A stretch of 64,000 nt of DNA from Basidiobolus meristosporus CBS 931.73. Lineage: Eukaryota; Fungi; Basidiobolomycota. Position numbers and translations under genes: made by a program. The stretch covers positions 40,840 to 104,839 of the forward strand of contig MCFE01000278.1 in assembly GCA_002104905.1 (NCBI GenBank), in the 5' to 3' direction. A model generated the notes under the pieces. The model was not told the DNA's origin. It saw only the letters and a program-made list of their open reading frames with translations, and did not search any database. Shown here piece by piece: positions 23,601 to 36,449 of the stretch (positions are counted from its first letter, which is position 1; every line of letters begins with the position of its first letter).

Positions 23601-25276
23601 CTGTGTCAATGGCATGATCCATGTCTCTGACTGGTGGTAGGCTTACAAGCTCATCTGGGAACACGTCTGAATAATTCTTCAAGAGAGTCTGGACCTGCTG
23701 GGGTGCTGGGGTAGAAGAATTCTCCTGTAATACCACCATGAGGAACATCTTGGTACCTTTTCTAAGTGCTCTACAGAACTGGGTCTTGCTAAGTTCACTT
23801 GTCTCACACACACTGGAATTGACCAAGTTGAAATCCAGCCTGGCAGGTAATAGCTCAAAGGTCTCGTTGTCTTTTGGGATCTGAGTAGCATGGGTTCTCC
23901 AGCTGATTGATGGATTATGACAAAATAGCCAGGTTTTTCCAAGTACAAGGTCAAACTTGCAGTTCCCAAATATATAAGCCTGTAGGTCTTCTTCATAGTC
24001 ATTGATCTTCATTCTTACTGGCTGGGTAATACAGTTGATTATGTGTGAGTTCCCATCAGCTGTGGAGACTGAAGTTGATTAGGTAGGTTCTGAGTTGATT
24101 CCAGCTTTCAAAGCAAATTGCTCTGACATGTACTTGTCCATTGGTACTGCTTCTGATTGTCTTCTTTCATAATGATTGTAGCCTTTCTGATTAGTCACTG
24201 TAGGCTTCCCAACTCCAAACATAGCTGAGTCATATTCAATGGCAATCTTGATGGCTTCTTCAATAGTCTGAGGTCTTTGGTAATTCACTTCCTTGCGAGT
24301 TCCTTCTTTCAACCCATCAATAAAGTATTCAACTTGATCCAAGGGGTCCATTCTTTCAATTTGTCCAAGTAGACATCTGTACTCATAGATGTATTCTTGC
24401 ACCATTCTTTTCTGTCTGAGTGTCTTTAGCTTCCTTCTTAGTAGTGTCTGCTGGTGTGGAGGTTCAAAAGCATCCTGAATTTCTGACACAAACTCTTCCT
24501 AGGTTGAGATTGTAGAGCATCCCATCATAGTGGCTGACCTGATCTTGAGGTAATACCACTGTAAGGCTGCATCTGCCAGGTAAGAAGCTGCATAATGCAA
24601 CTTGCTTTCTGGAGCAATTCCTTTAGCTTTAAAAGCTTCTTCAATCTGGAAGAGCCAAGTTCCCAGGTTTTCATTGACTCTGCCATGGTACTGGTTGACC
24701 TTCACACTAAAGTTGCTCTTGACAGGGCTTTGCTGGCACTGAGCCATGGTAGTCATTCCTTGTTGCTGTTGGCTGAGGATCTGGAGTAACTGTTGCTGTT
24801 GGGCCAGGATTTGCTGCACGGCATTCTTCCATTCTTGATTGTCCAACATCTTGAGGGTGGTTTCTTCTTTCTTCAGGAGGGAGGTTTCTGGTTATTGCTG
24901 CTACCAATGTTACAAGTCTTGGCATAAGAGTTGTAGAGGAATAGGGAGTTTAGCTAGTATTGTATTCACTAAAACTTGAACTGATTTTTTTTGAGGTTCC
25001 AGGAGCTCCTTATATACATTTTGCCAGATCATTTGCTGACTAATTGTATTTCCTAATGTAGGCTGTGGCTGATGACTCATTTGATTGCATCATCATCACC
25101 CAATAAGGTCCTACTTAATATATCTATTTCTGTCTGATAAGGGTCTGCTGATTCATTTGCTGACTAATGCTACTGATTTCATAGATAATACTGATATACT
25201 GATAACCTAAACATATAATTAATTGATTTGACTAAAAACAGATCTAACTCAAACATTCAAGCGGCAGATCATAACA
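20659..25276 (-). mobile_element. Full-length Ty3/Gypsy element, family 2, younger copy
   Basis: LTRs 20659-21026 and 24908-25276 (~15 differences). Perfect 4 bp TSD CTAC. PBS TGGTAGCAG. PPT TTTAGTAGGGGGAGAA on the minus strand. Confidence 0.96.
21076..24849 (-). pseudogene. gag-pol of family 2 (gag, RT, RH, IN), with stops and an internal gag/protease deletion
   Basis: Open stretches 22570-24012 (RT, YLDDILI) and 21076-22038 (integrase, SDRGANF, WTGPFKII). gag joins directly to the protease tail (EAVPM|DKYMSEQ). Confidence 0.92.
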
Positions 25277-27529
25277 CTACAAATGATCCCAATCTCCTCT
25301 AGATATGTGTCATTCTTGTTATAGCATGCTTTAGTGCCTGCACAAGCCATTCCTTATGGGTGCCTTTTGGATTGGCAAAACCTTTTGGTTGCTCTATATA
25401 TACAGTTTCTTGCAAACCCCCATTTAGAAAAGCTATTTTGATATCTGTTTAGTGAGTTTCTAGACTGTGTACAGCTGCCAGTGCTAGAACTGTCCTTATG
25501 GTGTTAAGCTTGGCAACTACAGGGACTGTTTCCCTAAAGTCTGGTTACTGCATCTGGGAATATCTTTTGGCCACCAATCTAGCCACATATTTATCAACCG
25601 TAGCATTCAAGGTTCTCTTGATCTTGTAGATCCATCTACATCATATTGGCTTTCTCCCATTTGGTAAATCTACCAGTTTCCATGATTTTCAAAGATCCTA
25701 AAGTGCAAGAGGTGTAGTTTTTGCCTGTAAATGCTTCAGAGGGTGTAAAATCACATAGTGCTGTTTTTGGGTATCTATTCTTGACTTATACCAGGTAGCA
25801 ACAGATTCAGCCAAAATCTTGTAGTCCATTCCTTTATCATGTAGCATTTATCTTCCCATATCTTCTGTTGCTCTACTTGTATATGGAACAGTGGTCTTTT
25901 GAAGTATACCAATAGATTAGCAGTATTTTGCAAACTCCTTTGAACAGTATTTCCCTTCATTGTCACTTCAAAGTTTCTTCAATTTACACCTAGCATGGGT
26001 TTCTGCCATGTTCTTGATGCTATTAAATGTCCCTGAAGCTGCATTCTTTGTTTTGAGGAAGTATACCCATGTCTATCTAGTCTTGCCATCAATAAATATC
26101 ATAAAGTATCTCTTGGCTCCAAAGAACAGTGTTCTCATGTGCCCACATATGTCAGAGTGTAAGTAGCCATTATTTAAGCAGTGTTGATGCATAATGAGCT
26201 CCTAAAACATTGAATAGCTTGTTTGTCATATGAACATCCCTTTAAGACATTCCATTTGAATGGAATTGAGTAACTTAGGCCTAAAACAAGCTCATATTTT
26301 GTTCCCCAATGAGCCCTGGCCTCCCAAGCCATATCTCTCAGTATGTTTCATCTGTTTTGGCAATGTTGGCATACTCAGGTACAATGATCTTGCATTATAT
26401 CTTGTACACATGGGATCTCTGATGCCCAAAGCAAATTTGTGTCCATATTCACTCAATATTGAGCAGTTTAGCTTAGTAAAAACATATTACAGAATCTGAG
26501 CAGCTGCTCTACTGACTGAGACTAAGTTCTTAGCTATTCCAGGTATGTACAGTATATCTGTCAGATTTGTTGTTGGTGCCCCTAAGATACCACTTGTATT
26601 TAGTTGTATAGACCTACAGGCAGTAGCTTCTAGTGCAGAGTTGTATCCCAGATAAACCTTTTTTAATGGAATAGTCTTTAGGCTGCTGAACCACTCCTTT
26701 ATTCTACTAATATGCACTTATACTTTAGAGTGAATATACCATTCATTACTTTGGTTATGTCCACTCTCTTGTAAAGCTACATATAACTGTTCATTAGTAG
26801 GCATATGGTTTGCCTGCTCAAGTTTCTGTTTTTTGTCAACTTGTTTCTTGTTGCATTCTCTTGCCCAGTGTCCTGGCTACTTACAGTAGTTACAGCAACC
26901 AGGTTTTCATTGATTTTTTTGCTGTTCCTTCTTTTCTTTGTGCCTTTCTGAGCTGAATAAAGCATTGTCATCAGCTTTCTCTGCTTGCTCATTATGTCTG
27001 ATTTCTTCATGGAGAAGTCTTCCTGTGATATAGTCTAGAGTCAAATTGTTGTCTCTGCTATCAAAAAGATGTATGAGTGGCTCATACCTGTCTGGTAGAC
27101 TGCAAAGCAGACAGAGTTACTTCTCTTCATCATCTAAACCAGCTTTAATACTGTAAAGTTCTTCTGCAAGCAACTCTGTTCTGGGACTGAGTTGCAGCAT
27201 TTCACCATGTGGCTTCTTCCTCAGGTTGAAGAACTTTTGTTTTAAATAAAGCTTGCATGATACTGACTATGCTCTAAAGATCTTCTCTAAGGATTCCTAT
27301 GCGGCTTTGACAGTATTTCAAGCATGGATTTGTGTAATGAAGGAATCTTGCACATTGGTACATATAGCATTGAGGGCCTTTCACTGCTTTCTTGAGATTT
27401 CTTCACCTTTTCTGCTGTTCCTTTGGGCTCAAAATCTTTTCCGGTTACTATATTCTAAAGCTTTCTTTCCTCAACTTATGTATCAGCATGGCTTAAGGTT
27501 AATCTGTGTCATGCTACAACACTAATTTA

Positions 27530-30245
27530 CCATATGGTATTATCTTTTTCTACCTCCTTTTGCACATTCCATATATTTGACTGCTTAATCAAAATTCTTC
27601 AGTTGCCTACCTACTACTACCCTAGGTATTCCACACAAGGTTTAAGTAAAAAAAAATTGGCTCCTGCTTACTAACCTCTACAATGGTGCATGCCTGCTGC
27701 AATTGACATACTTCTATCACCTAAACTTCATGGTTTTTTGGTGTGAAACTTGCAAAGTTGTTATATATCTTCAATTACTGGTAACATTTATATATTGCAA
27801 ACATATGCTTGGCTGCCAACAAACTTCCCATGAACACCTTCTGAACAGCCACAAAGAACCTTTTGGTATTTAGCCAATATATTCCTTCTAGCTGCTAGAT
27901 TCTAGTCCCACTTTAAGGTGCACACTCTCTCTTGTTTATATGAACTCTATATCAATTGTTTAGAAATTGGCTTGCAACCAAGAGATTCTAGCATGCCTTG
28001 GAAGGGTTTCTCTAATAAAAATTAGTTGCTTGCTGAATCCATCCTAACTGTGATTACTCAACTGATAACCCATGCATTGGGGTGACTTAGCTTCTCAATG
28101 CTCCATGTATTGATGTATCCATGTGCAGATCTGTCCTTGGTATTTTCCAACTCTTCCCGGCTGTCCTCCATGTGCCAGCTCATCACATCCATGATGGACC
28201 TGAACGGCATAATCTTGAAGAGATTGGAATATTATAATACCTGTGTTACAATCTGCCGCTTGAATGTTTAAGTTAGATCAGTTCTTAGTCAAATCAATTA
28301 GTTATTTGTTTAGGCTATCAGTATATCAGTATGATCTATCAAATCAGTAACATTAGTCAGCAAATGAATCAGCAGATCCTTATTGGACAGAAATACATAT
28401 ATTAGGTAGGATCTTATTGGGTGATGATGATGCAATCAAATGAGTCATCAGCCACAGCCTACATTAGGAAATACAATTAGTCAGCAATCAATCTGGCAAA
28501 ATGTATATAAGGAGCTGCTGGAATCTCAATAAAGATCAGTTCAAGCTTTAGTGAGTACAATGCTAGCTAAACTCCCTATACCTCTACAACTCTTATACCA
28601 AGACTTGTAACACCTGCAACTTGACTTGTCTTCCTATCCCCCCACACATCCACTCCATAGGAAGCTCCATAAGATGAAGCCTGGCCCAATATTCTTAACA
28701 AACCAAGCAAGATGGAGTACAGAATGGATACAGTAGCAGCAGAGATCTACACCATCAGCTTTATGTTAGTAGTAAAGTTGCTCAATTCCCAATTCAAGTT
28801 CCTTGCACAAAAGCTGTGGATGCATCCAGTTGGCCCTGATGGTCTGCTCCGGATAAATACTCCTACAATGTCCATATATGACTCCCAATGCTTCCAATTT
28901 AGTCTTAATAGAAATGGCTTCAGAAGGCCACTTCAATAAATACATATCCAGTTCATCTGGTTCCTGCACTTGTACTGTCTAATATGAGTATAAATGCTGG
29001 TTGGAGCCCATCAGAAGTACCAAGGTAGAAGATACCCTGTAATATCCTGCCAATTCTTTCAAGTTTGTCTAGTATCTCAAAGGGCTCATTTAACCTAAAA
29101 TGTCCCCTGTATAACTTGGTCATCAGTACAGGGTTATTGCTGAAAAGCAAATGTATTGCTCCCAGTGAAAAGCTTTTACTCAAACAGATACCCTTTATCT
29201 TAAGAATCTCAGGTTCCAATTAATTCTATAATCTGACCAACAGCTTATAGCTTTCCAACTTTGCTGCAATTGCATGCTTACTTTTGTACATTCTCTTTTG
29301 GGAAAAATGACACTCTTAGTGCTGGTGTTTGGGTAATAATAATGTGTGTGAGTAATGGAGTAAATCCCCTGAATCTCACACATTCAACAGCAACACTGCT
29401 CATTGTCCCTGGAGAAACCTGCCATCTTGCCGATGGCTGGGCTATCTCCAATATAGATAATGAAATGTTCTTTGACGTGAAAACAACTTACTGTTATCAC
29501 CCCATTGCTTTCAATACAAAGCTTTTGCTCCAACTGATATCCTCCATCCTAAGTATCTCCAGTTTGCAACTTATTCCATTTTCGGATCAATGGCTTAGAG
29601 CATTCCAGCTTTGCTTCAATAGCATTCAGACTTCTATACAATCTCTCTGTGTGAATATGATGCTCTTGGTGTTGGTGTTTAGGCAATAATGATGTGTTTG
29701 GGTTATGGAGTAAATCACCAGTATCTCACACATTCCACAGCAATACCTTCCATTGTGCCCAGAAAAGCTAGCTATCTTGCTGATGGCCTGGGTATCTCCA
29801 GTGCAATAGTAATATGTGCTTTGACATGCTGGTCATTTATTGTAATCCTGCTGGGATGCATATAAAGTCAATACAGCAATAAATGCAGGTAATCATCCTG
29901 GTTGGACAGTGAGAAAGATCAGATACCAGTGAAATTGCAATCAGATTTTGGCTCTGATATTGTAAGATAGGCAACAGAATCAGGTTGATGAGAATCAGTG
30001 ACCAGCAGGATATGCTGGCAGAGGACTTGTTCAATGAGAATCCACAAAGTGCCAAGGCAAAGTCATGGTCTTAGATACCTTTAAGGTAGCCCTTGCTTCT
30101 TAGTTGTTTGACAATTTTTGACGTGAATACCATGCACCTGCTGACACGTTCAGGTATCAGGACAGTCTCTGGGTCATTTGTTGCATGCCGCATGATGCTT
30201 GTCCATTCATACCATGTGCATGGAAGGTTGCATCCTTGAATGACT
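27530..30245 (-). mobile_element. CACTA-like transposase fragments (at least two diverged copies), one split by a solo LTR
   Basis: 27530-29480 aligns with the 3' and middle transposase (CEIQGIYS..THYYY). At ~29500 the sequence jumps back to an overlapping segment of a different copy. Confidence 0.75.
28244..28612 (+). repeat. Solo LTR, family 2
   Basis: 369 bp reverse complement of the 20659 LTR. TSD CCTG at 28240-28243 and 28613-28616. Confidence 0.95.
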
Positions 30246-30249
30246 TTGG

Positions 30250-30950
30250 CAGGAAGTGGCCATAACCAAGCATATGTTTGCACAATGTATATGTTAACAG
30301 CAGTAGAAGGTATATGGCAACTTTGCAAGCAATGAACTTAAAAGCCATAAAGTTGAGGTGATAGAAGTATGTCAATTGTGGGAGGTGTGCACATTCATAA
30401 AGGGTAGAAAGCAGCAGGCCATAGTTTTTTTTGACTTGAACCATATGTGGAATACCCAAGGTAGCAGTGGGTAAGCAAATAAAGAGGGATGATTCTACAG
30501 TGAAATGTATGAGTTGCACATGGCCAGGTAGAAAAAGGAAATACCATTTGGTAAATTGGTGTGGTGGTACAATATGAAACTAACTGGAGGCTGCCAGATT
30601 GCCATAATAATGCCTTTAGAGTCTTGCTATGAGGCTGTTAAAATACTGTCAACTTTTTGCCATTTAAGTCAATTGAATGTTCTGGCCAGTTGGCTCTGTT
30701 TGGAATAGTTGTAATGTGCAATAAGACTGCAACAATGCCATGCTATTATTGTCACTGCACCAATCAAATCTTGCCAAGTTTTATAACTTATCTTGGCAGT
30801 TAAATTAGCATAATGCTGCTGTAATCCCTTCATAAGATTGTTAAGATGGTCACTAATTCAAACTGCTGCTATTATGAGAATCTCTAAAAGGAATACTGAC
30901 AGCTGAGCCAGATAGGATCAACTCACAGGTTCAAACTATATTACATAGAA
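30250..30950 (+). mobile_element. 3' end fragment of the CACTA-like element
   Basis: Matches 1810-2530 (transposase C-terminus and subterminal region), in opposite orientation to the adjacent fragment. Confidence 0.7.
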
Positions 30951-32012
30951 CAAATGGTCAGCCAAGTCCAATGATGCTACCCATAATGTCAGACAGTGCT
31001 TGAAACTTCACACAGTGTGCCTTGCATTTGACAAAATAAATGTGCCTCTGCCCTCTAGAAGGTCTGTTTATCTTTACTGGGAAGGTATCCAAGATGCTTC
31101 TTACATTGAACCTGTTGCTGAACACTCTGGGATATGGAAATCTATTTGAGCTTCTAAACCTAGTATTTCAAGCTTGCTCTAGGTCATTCATACCCTTTGG
31201 ATATGGAAGTCTACTGGAGCTTCTGAACCTAGTATTCCAATGCACACTGTTTATATCTCCAACTATTTTCACTTATCCCATTTTTATGTTACAGATATCA
31301 TCTGCAAATAATGACTTGATGATTTTGCTGATGACTTATTCAGAAGTCTATAATCAGCTAGGAAATATGCAACTGATGAGATCTAATCTGTGTAAATGCA
31401 GTCCAAGATGCATCATGCATAATATATGGAAAATTCATCAATGACATTAGTTTTCATATATATTTCATATCAAAACAGATTGAGGCCAATTTACTGATGT
31501 AAAAGTATAAAGGTTTGTCACTATGGTCCCTCTACCAAGTCTCAGCTCATCTTTAGTACAACCCAGACACAATTCATCCCTTAGCTCACTAGTATGGTCT
31601 GGACTGGAGAAGACAATGTTAGATCCATTCAAATTCCTGCCAAATGATTTCATATGGCCCAGGTGTCTATGATGAGCCTTCATACACACATTTGGGCACC
31701 ATTTGTTAAGCTGGCAGGGCTGGATACCTCAGAGAGTAAACAGAGATGGAGGAACTAAAGTTGAATTCTGTGGAATGAGTTCTATATCAAGATGCTAGCA
31801 GGTATATGAAAGAAGATATGTAACAAGACAAGTGCTGAAATTAAGAATGGACTGAGAGTGAGGGGATCTCATGGGGAAGCTGCACTCAAATAAATCCATG
31901 CTCAATTTGTGCAGTAAGAATTGAACATATCTGCATATGCTACAACCTTGGGAACCAAGGAGATTTTGAATGAGTTTGGCACAAGCAACTAACAGACTTG
32001 TTCCATTGTATT

Positions 32013-32410
32013 GAGCCAGGGCACACAGTGCAATCTGCGGTTACTATGAACTATTGGGCGCAAAAGTGGAGCAACCAGTAGGCAGGCTTACTCTTGGACA
32101 GTTTTGTACTATGTGCAACACTCTTCACACCATGGTACAATGTGACAAAGTGAGGCTGGCACAGACAATTGCACCCACATGCAATACTGACATCATGTGC
32201 ATATTTGAATACTACTATCACAGAAGGTATAATCTGGTATCTGGATACATATCTTTTATGTAAATGAGCCTAAGTGCCTATTACACTACAAACTACACTG
32301 ATACTGACCATTTTGGCTACCATCACCCCGGTTGGATGGCATAGCGGCAACTGATTGATCTTGTCATTTAATATACAAGTTGCCCATTGAGCAAGAAAGT
32401 CCCTGACTTT
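32013..32410 (+). repeat. Diverged dispersed repeat, also at ~55446-55880 (possible LTR)
   Basis: Shared blocks CAGGGCA, AACTACACT.ATACT.ACCAT and TTGCCCATTGAGCAAG in the same order and spacing. Confidence 0.5.
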
Positions 32411-32442
32411 GGTAATAGAACAAGGTGTCATGGCTAGCATGT

Positions 32443-33607
32443 TATGGTGGTGTGGAGGTACTCCTATGAGAAGCTTTATAACTCACAATGTGTGAGATGC
32501 CTGAAGGGTGCAATAAATCTGGCTCTAAACAGCTGGTGTCTTTGTCAATATATCACTGTGGTAAAAGCTCCTGTTTCCCCAGCTTCCTAGGTGTTCCAAG
32601 TGTCTCCAAAGGCCTCTGTTTGCCTTGTGCACTACTCTGAAGAGCTCCTGGATGGCAAGTCTGAGGCGTAAATCTGGAAGGTTGATGCAATGATCTACTG
32701 CTAATCAATGAGGAAAAAGTGTTACTGATAGAGGGGATAATATCTTGATGAGGGGTTGACTTACTATGAATACTCTCCTGAGTGGCAAGCAATTACAAAT
32801 CACAAGGTTGCAGAGGATTTCAGGCATTGGTAGGGTTCTTCATTACATTACTACAGGCTAAGAATACTTGAACAAGATCTTGAGTGGTTCCAAAAGGCAC
32901 TGCACATCCAACATATGAGTGATCAGTAGTTCAAAACCTTTGTAGCAAAGGGATGTTACAAGTCTTGGTATAAGAGTTGTAGAGGAATAACAAGTTTAGC
33001 TAGTATTGTAATCACTAAAACTTGAACTGATCTTTATTGAGGTTCCAGCAGCTCCTTATATACCTTTTGCCGGATCAATTGCCAACTAATTATATTTCCT
33101 AATGTAGGCTGTGGCTGATGACTCATTTGATTGCATCATCATCACCCATCAAGATCCAACTTAATATATCTATATCTGTTTGATAAGGATCTGCTGACTC
33201 ATTTGCTGACTAATGCTACTGATTTGATAGATAATACTGTTATACAAATAAGCAAAACATATAACTAATTGATTTGACTAAAAACTGATGTAACTTAAAC
33301 ATTCAAGCAGTAGATCATAACAGGGATACCATACAACATATGAAATGATTGGGAAGATAACGCAAACATAGGTTACATTTTACAAAAATTGATGTTGGTA
33401 CCTATGTAATAAAGGCACCTCTAGTGTTCACAAATCTGCATAACATTGGGATAACCAATGCTGAGTACCAATAAGGGTAAACTGGGGTAATACTAATAGT
33501 TTGGCACAGAATAATGGGATAATAGTGATAAGATAAGATATAAATAAACTCATCTGTATAGATATATGAATAAGCAAGTCTGTGGGAGGTATGATTACCC
33601 TACAACA
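32443..33607 (-). repeat. Solo LTR, family 3 (~790 bp net), split by a family 2 solo LTR
   Basis: Reverse complement of 41524-42321. Flanked by ATGT at 32439-32442 and 33608-33611. Confidence 0.8.
32954..33322 (-). repeat. Solo LTR, family 2
   Basis: 369 bp. TSD GGGA at 32950-32953 and 33323-33326. Confidence 0.95.
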
Positions 33608-36449
33608 ATGTGTCTTGAAACTTCTTACTAGGTGGTAACTGTAGTTGGTATACAAATGGGCTCAGTTTCTTCTTGAACTTGGATTGACCTAGTTTCTTAA
33701 AGTCACATTTGTCACAAGGGTGGCTGGTAGCAATATATCTTCTCTAGAGCTGTACTGAATCTCCTTCACTAAGCTTGGGGCTGGGCTGCTATTTGTTGTC
33801 TACAAACTTTATGTAACCCTCACAGGCTAAGAATAGTTCTTTCTTCAGTGTTTCTTGGATTTCTAAGTTTGATGATGCATGTTGAGCTTGTGGTGAACTC
33901 AAAGGACTTGTTGGCATCTGAATATCAGATTACTGATGAAAGCAATAATCTGAATAGAGTGGGGTAATATCAGTTGCACTATGGCATGAGTTGTTGTAGG
34001 CAAATTCTGCAAATGGTAGCAGTTGGGCAAGTTGTCTTGTTGATAGTAGATATAGCATTAAAGGTATTGTTGAAAGGATCTGGTTAATTGTTCCAGTCTG
34101 ACCATCCAACTGAGGATCTAGAGCACTTGAGAGCTTGACTAGTATACCACAATATTGCCTGAAGTGTTTCCAGACTTTTGATATGAGCTGGGGTCCTCTG
34201 TCAGATAAAATGTTACTGGGGATACCATGAAGTCAAAAATGTCCCAGATTACTAAGCAGACACTCTCCTTATTGTAGTGGTTCTTGAGGTTAGGGAATGC
34301 AGTGACCTATCTTTGTAAGTCTACCCACCACTACTAGGACTGAGTTGAATTGGCTGGACTCTGACAGCCTGATAATAAAGCCCTTTGAAATTGACTTCCA
34401 TTGCTAGTCCGGGATTGCCAAGGCTTGGAGAATTCCATTTGGCTAGTGTCTGGTAGAATTTGCACAATTACATATATCACCAAACTAAATGTACTCCTTG
34501 ACAGGGGATATCATCTTGGGCCACCAGAAGTCTCTCATGATTGCATTCATAGTTTTGGCAGTACCAAAAAGTCCTGCAGCCATTGAATCATGGCAAGAAT
34601 GTCCAACTAGGTATCAAGGGACAAACAGTTGGTGCTTGTAGTGGATGGTATTATTGACTAGGTGTACCCTATGAAAAGTAATTTAGTCCCACAGGTGGAT
34701 CTGATCCAGATCAGCCATCAGGATCTTGTCTAAAGACCCTCATTATACCAGCAGCTTGGAATTAGGGACCCTCCTAACAATCTTATAACAGGATCATGAC
34801 AGTGTTTTGCTAATTTCACAACCAAGTAAAGGGATAAAACTTGATGGGATTTTATTGGTGCTGTGACAATATTTGTATGGTATTGTTGCGGTCTCTTAGC
34901 GCTCTATAACTATTTTAAGTGAATCCAGTTGGGCAGGACATCCAATTGCCTTATATGGCAGGAAACTTGACAGTATTTTGATGGCCTCACAGTAAGACTT
35001 TGATGGCATTATAATGGCAGTATGATGGCCTACCACTGGTCTTGTATAATGCTACCATACCAATTTACCAAATGGTACTTCCTTATTCTACCTCCCCTTG
35101 TGCAATTCATATATTCCATTGTAACATCACCCCTCCTTATTTGCTTACCCACTACTACCTTGGGTATTGAACATATAGTTTGAATCAAAGAAAACTATGG
35201 CCTCCTGCTTGCTAACCTCTACAAAGACGCACATGTGATGCAATTGACAGACTTCTATCACCTCAACCTTAGACCTTTTTAGTGTGATACTTGCAAAGTT
35301 GCCATATACCTTGTACTGCTGGTAACATATACATCTTCCAAGCATATGCATGGCTGTTGCCACTTCTACCATGAATACCTCCTGAATATCTGCAAAGAAC
35401 TTCTTGGTATTTAGCCAATATATTCCCTCTCTATACTGGATTCTAGTCCCCCTTGTAGGTGTGCGCTGGCTTTTGTTTGTGTGAGTTCTCTACTGAAAGG
35501 TGTAGAAGTTGGCTTGTAACCATGAGAAATCCAGCATATCTTGGTAGAACTTTCCTGATAAAAATTAGCAGCTGGTTGCACCCAACGCAACTTTGCATTA
35601 CTTAACTGATTACCCAGGCATTGGGGCTGCTTAGCTTCTTAATGTCATAGGCATATGTGTCTCCATGTGCACATTTATCCTCAGTATTTTGCAACTCTTT
35701 CTGACTATCCTCCAGGTGCCACTCATCACATTAATTATGGACTTGAAGGTAACATTCTTGATGCAATTAGAATTTGATAGTACCTGTAACTTGACTTGTC
35801 TTCCCAACTCCCCAAACATCCACTCCATAGGAAGCTTCCAAAAGGTGAAACAAGGCCCAATATTCTCCACACACTGTACAAGATGGAGTAAAGAATGAAT
35901 ACAGTAGCGGCAGAGATCTACACTTTCAGCTTTATGTTTGTAGTGTAGCTGCTCAAATCAACTTTATGTTTGTAGTACAGCCATTTAAGTTCAGTCATAA
36001 ATTCCTCATACAACAGCTATAGACGCATCAAGTTGGCATTGGTGACCCGCTACTGGATAAATATTCCTACAATGTCCACATATGACTGTTGCAATTTAAG
36101 AAGTGATTTGAATATAAGGAACTTATCAAGAAATAGTGATAACAGTTGAACTGTTGCTTATTCATAAAGAAGCTCAGTATTTCTACCTTTGTAGAAGTAA
36201 TACAGCTGCAACACTAAGTAGGGAGGGTTTCTCAATATTCAGGAGCATTCTGTAACAGTTTCAGGGTTAGTTCATAATGTTTGGTAATAGTGCTAATTTG
36301 ATCCTGACTATAGGGGAATAATCATAAGATCATATATCTGGAGAAAGTGGCAAAGTTAAGGCAGTAAATGAGTCCTACAGTGACTAAGACTAGCCTAGAT
36401 TTGTTAAGTAAATTTTTAGCTGCTGAATGATACCAAATAGTCCAATATT

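Larger units (their letters stand above)
20196..27520 (-). mobile_element. Degenerate Ty1/Copia (older relative of 36087-40772), split by a family 2 Gypsy element
   Basis: 20196-20658 and 25281-27520 align with the RNase H/RT/integrase/gag of the younger Copia and are collinear across the insertion (AGTGCTAC | CTACAAATGATCCC). Internal deletions; no LTRs recognised. Confidence 0.85.

Noticed and set aside
12885-33322. Recurring 369 bp units as a CRISPR-like or satellite array
   Set aside because: They are dispersed LTRs with TG..CA ends and TSDs, not regularly spaced repeats with spacers.
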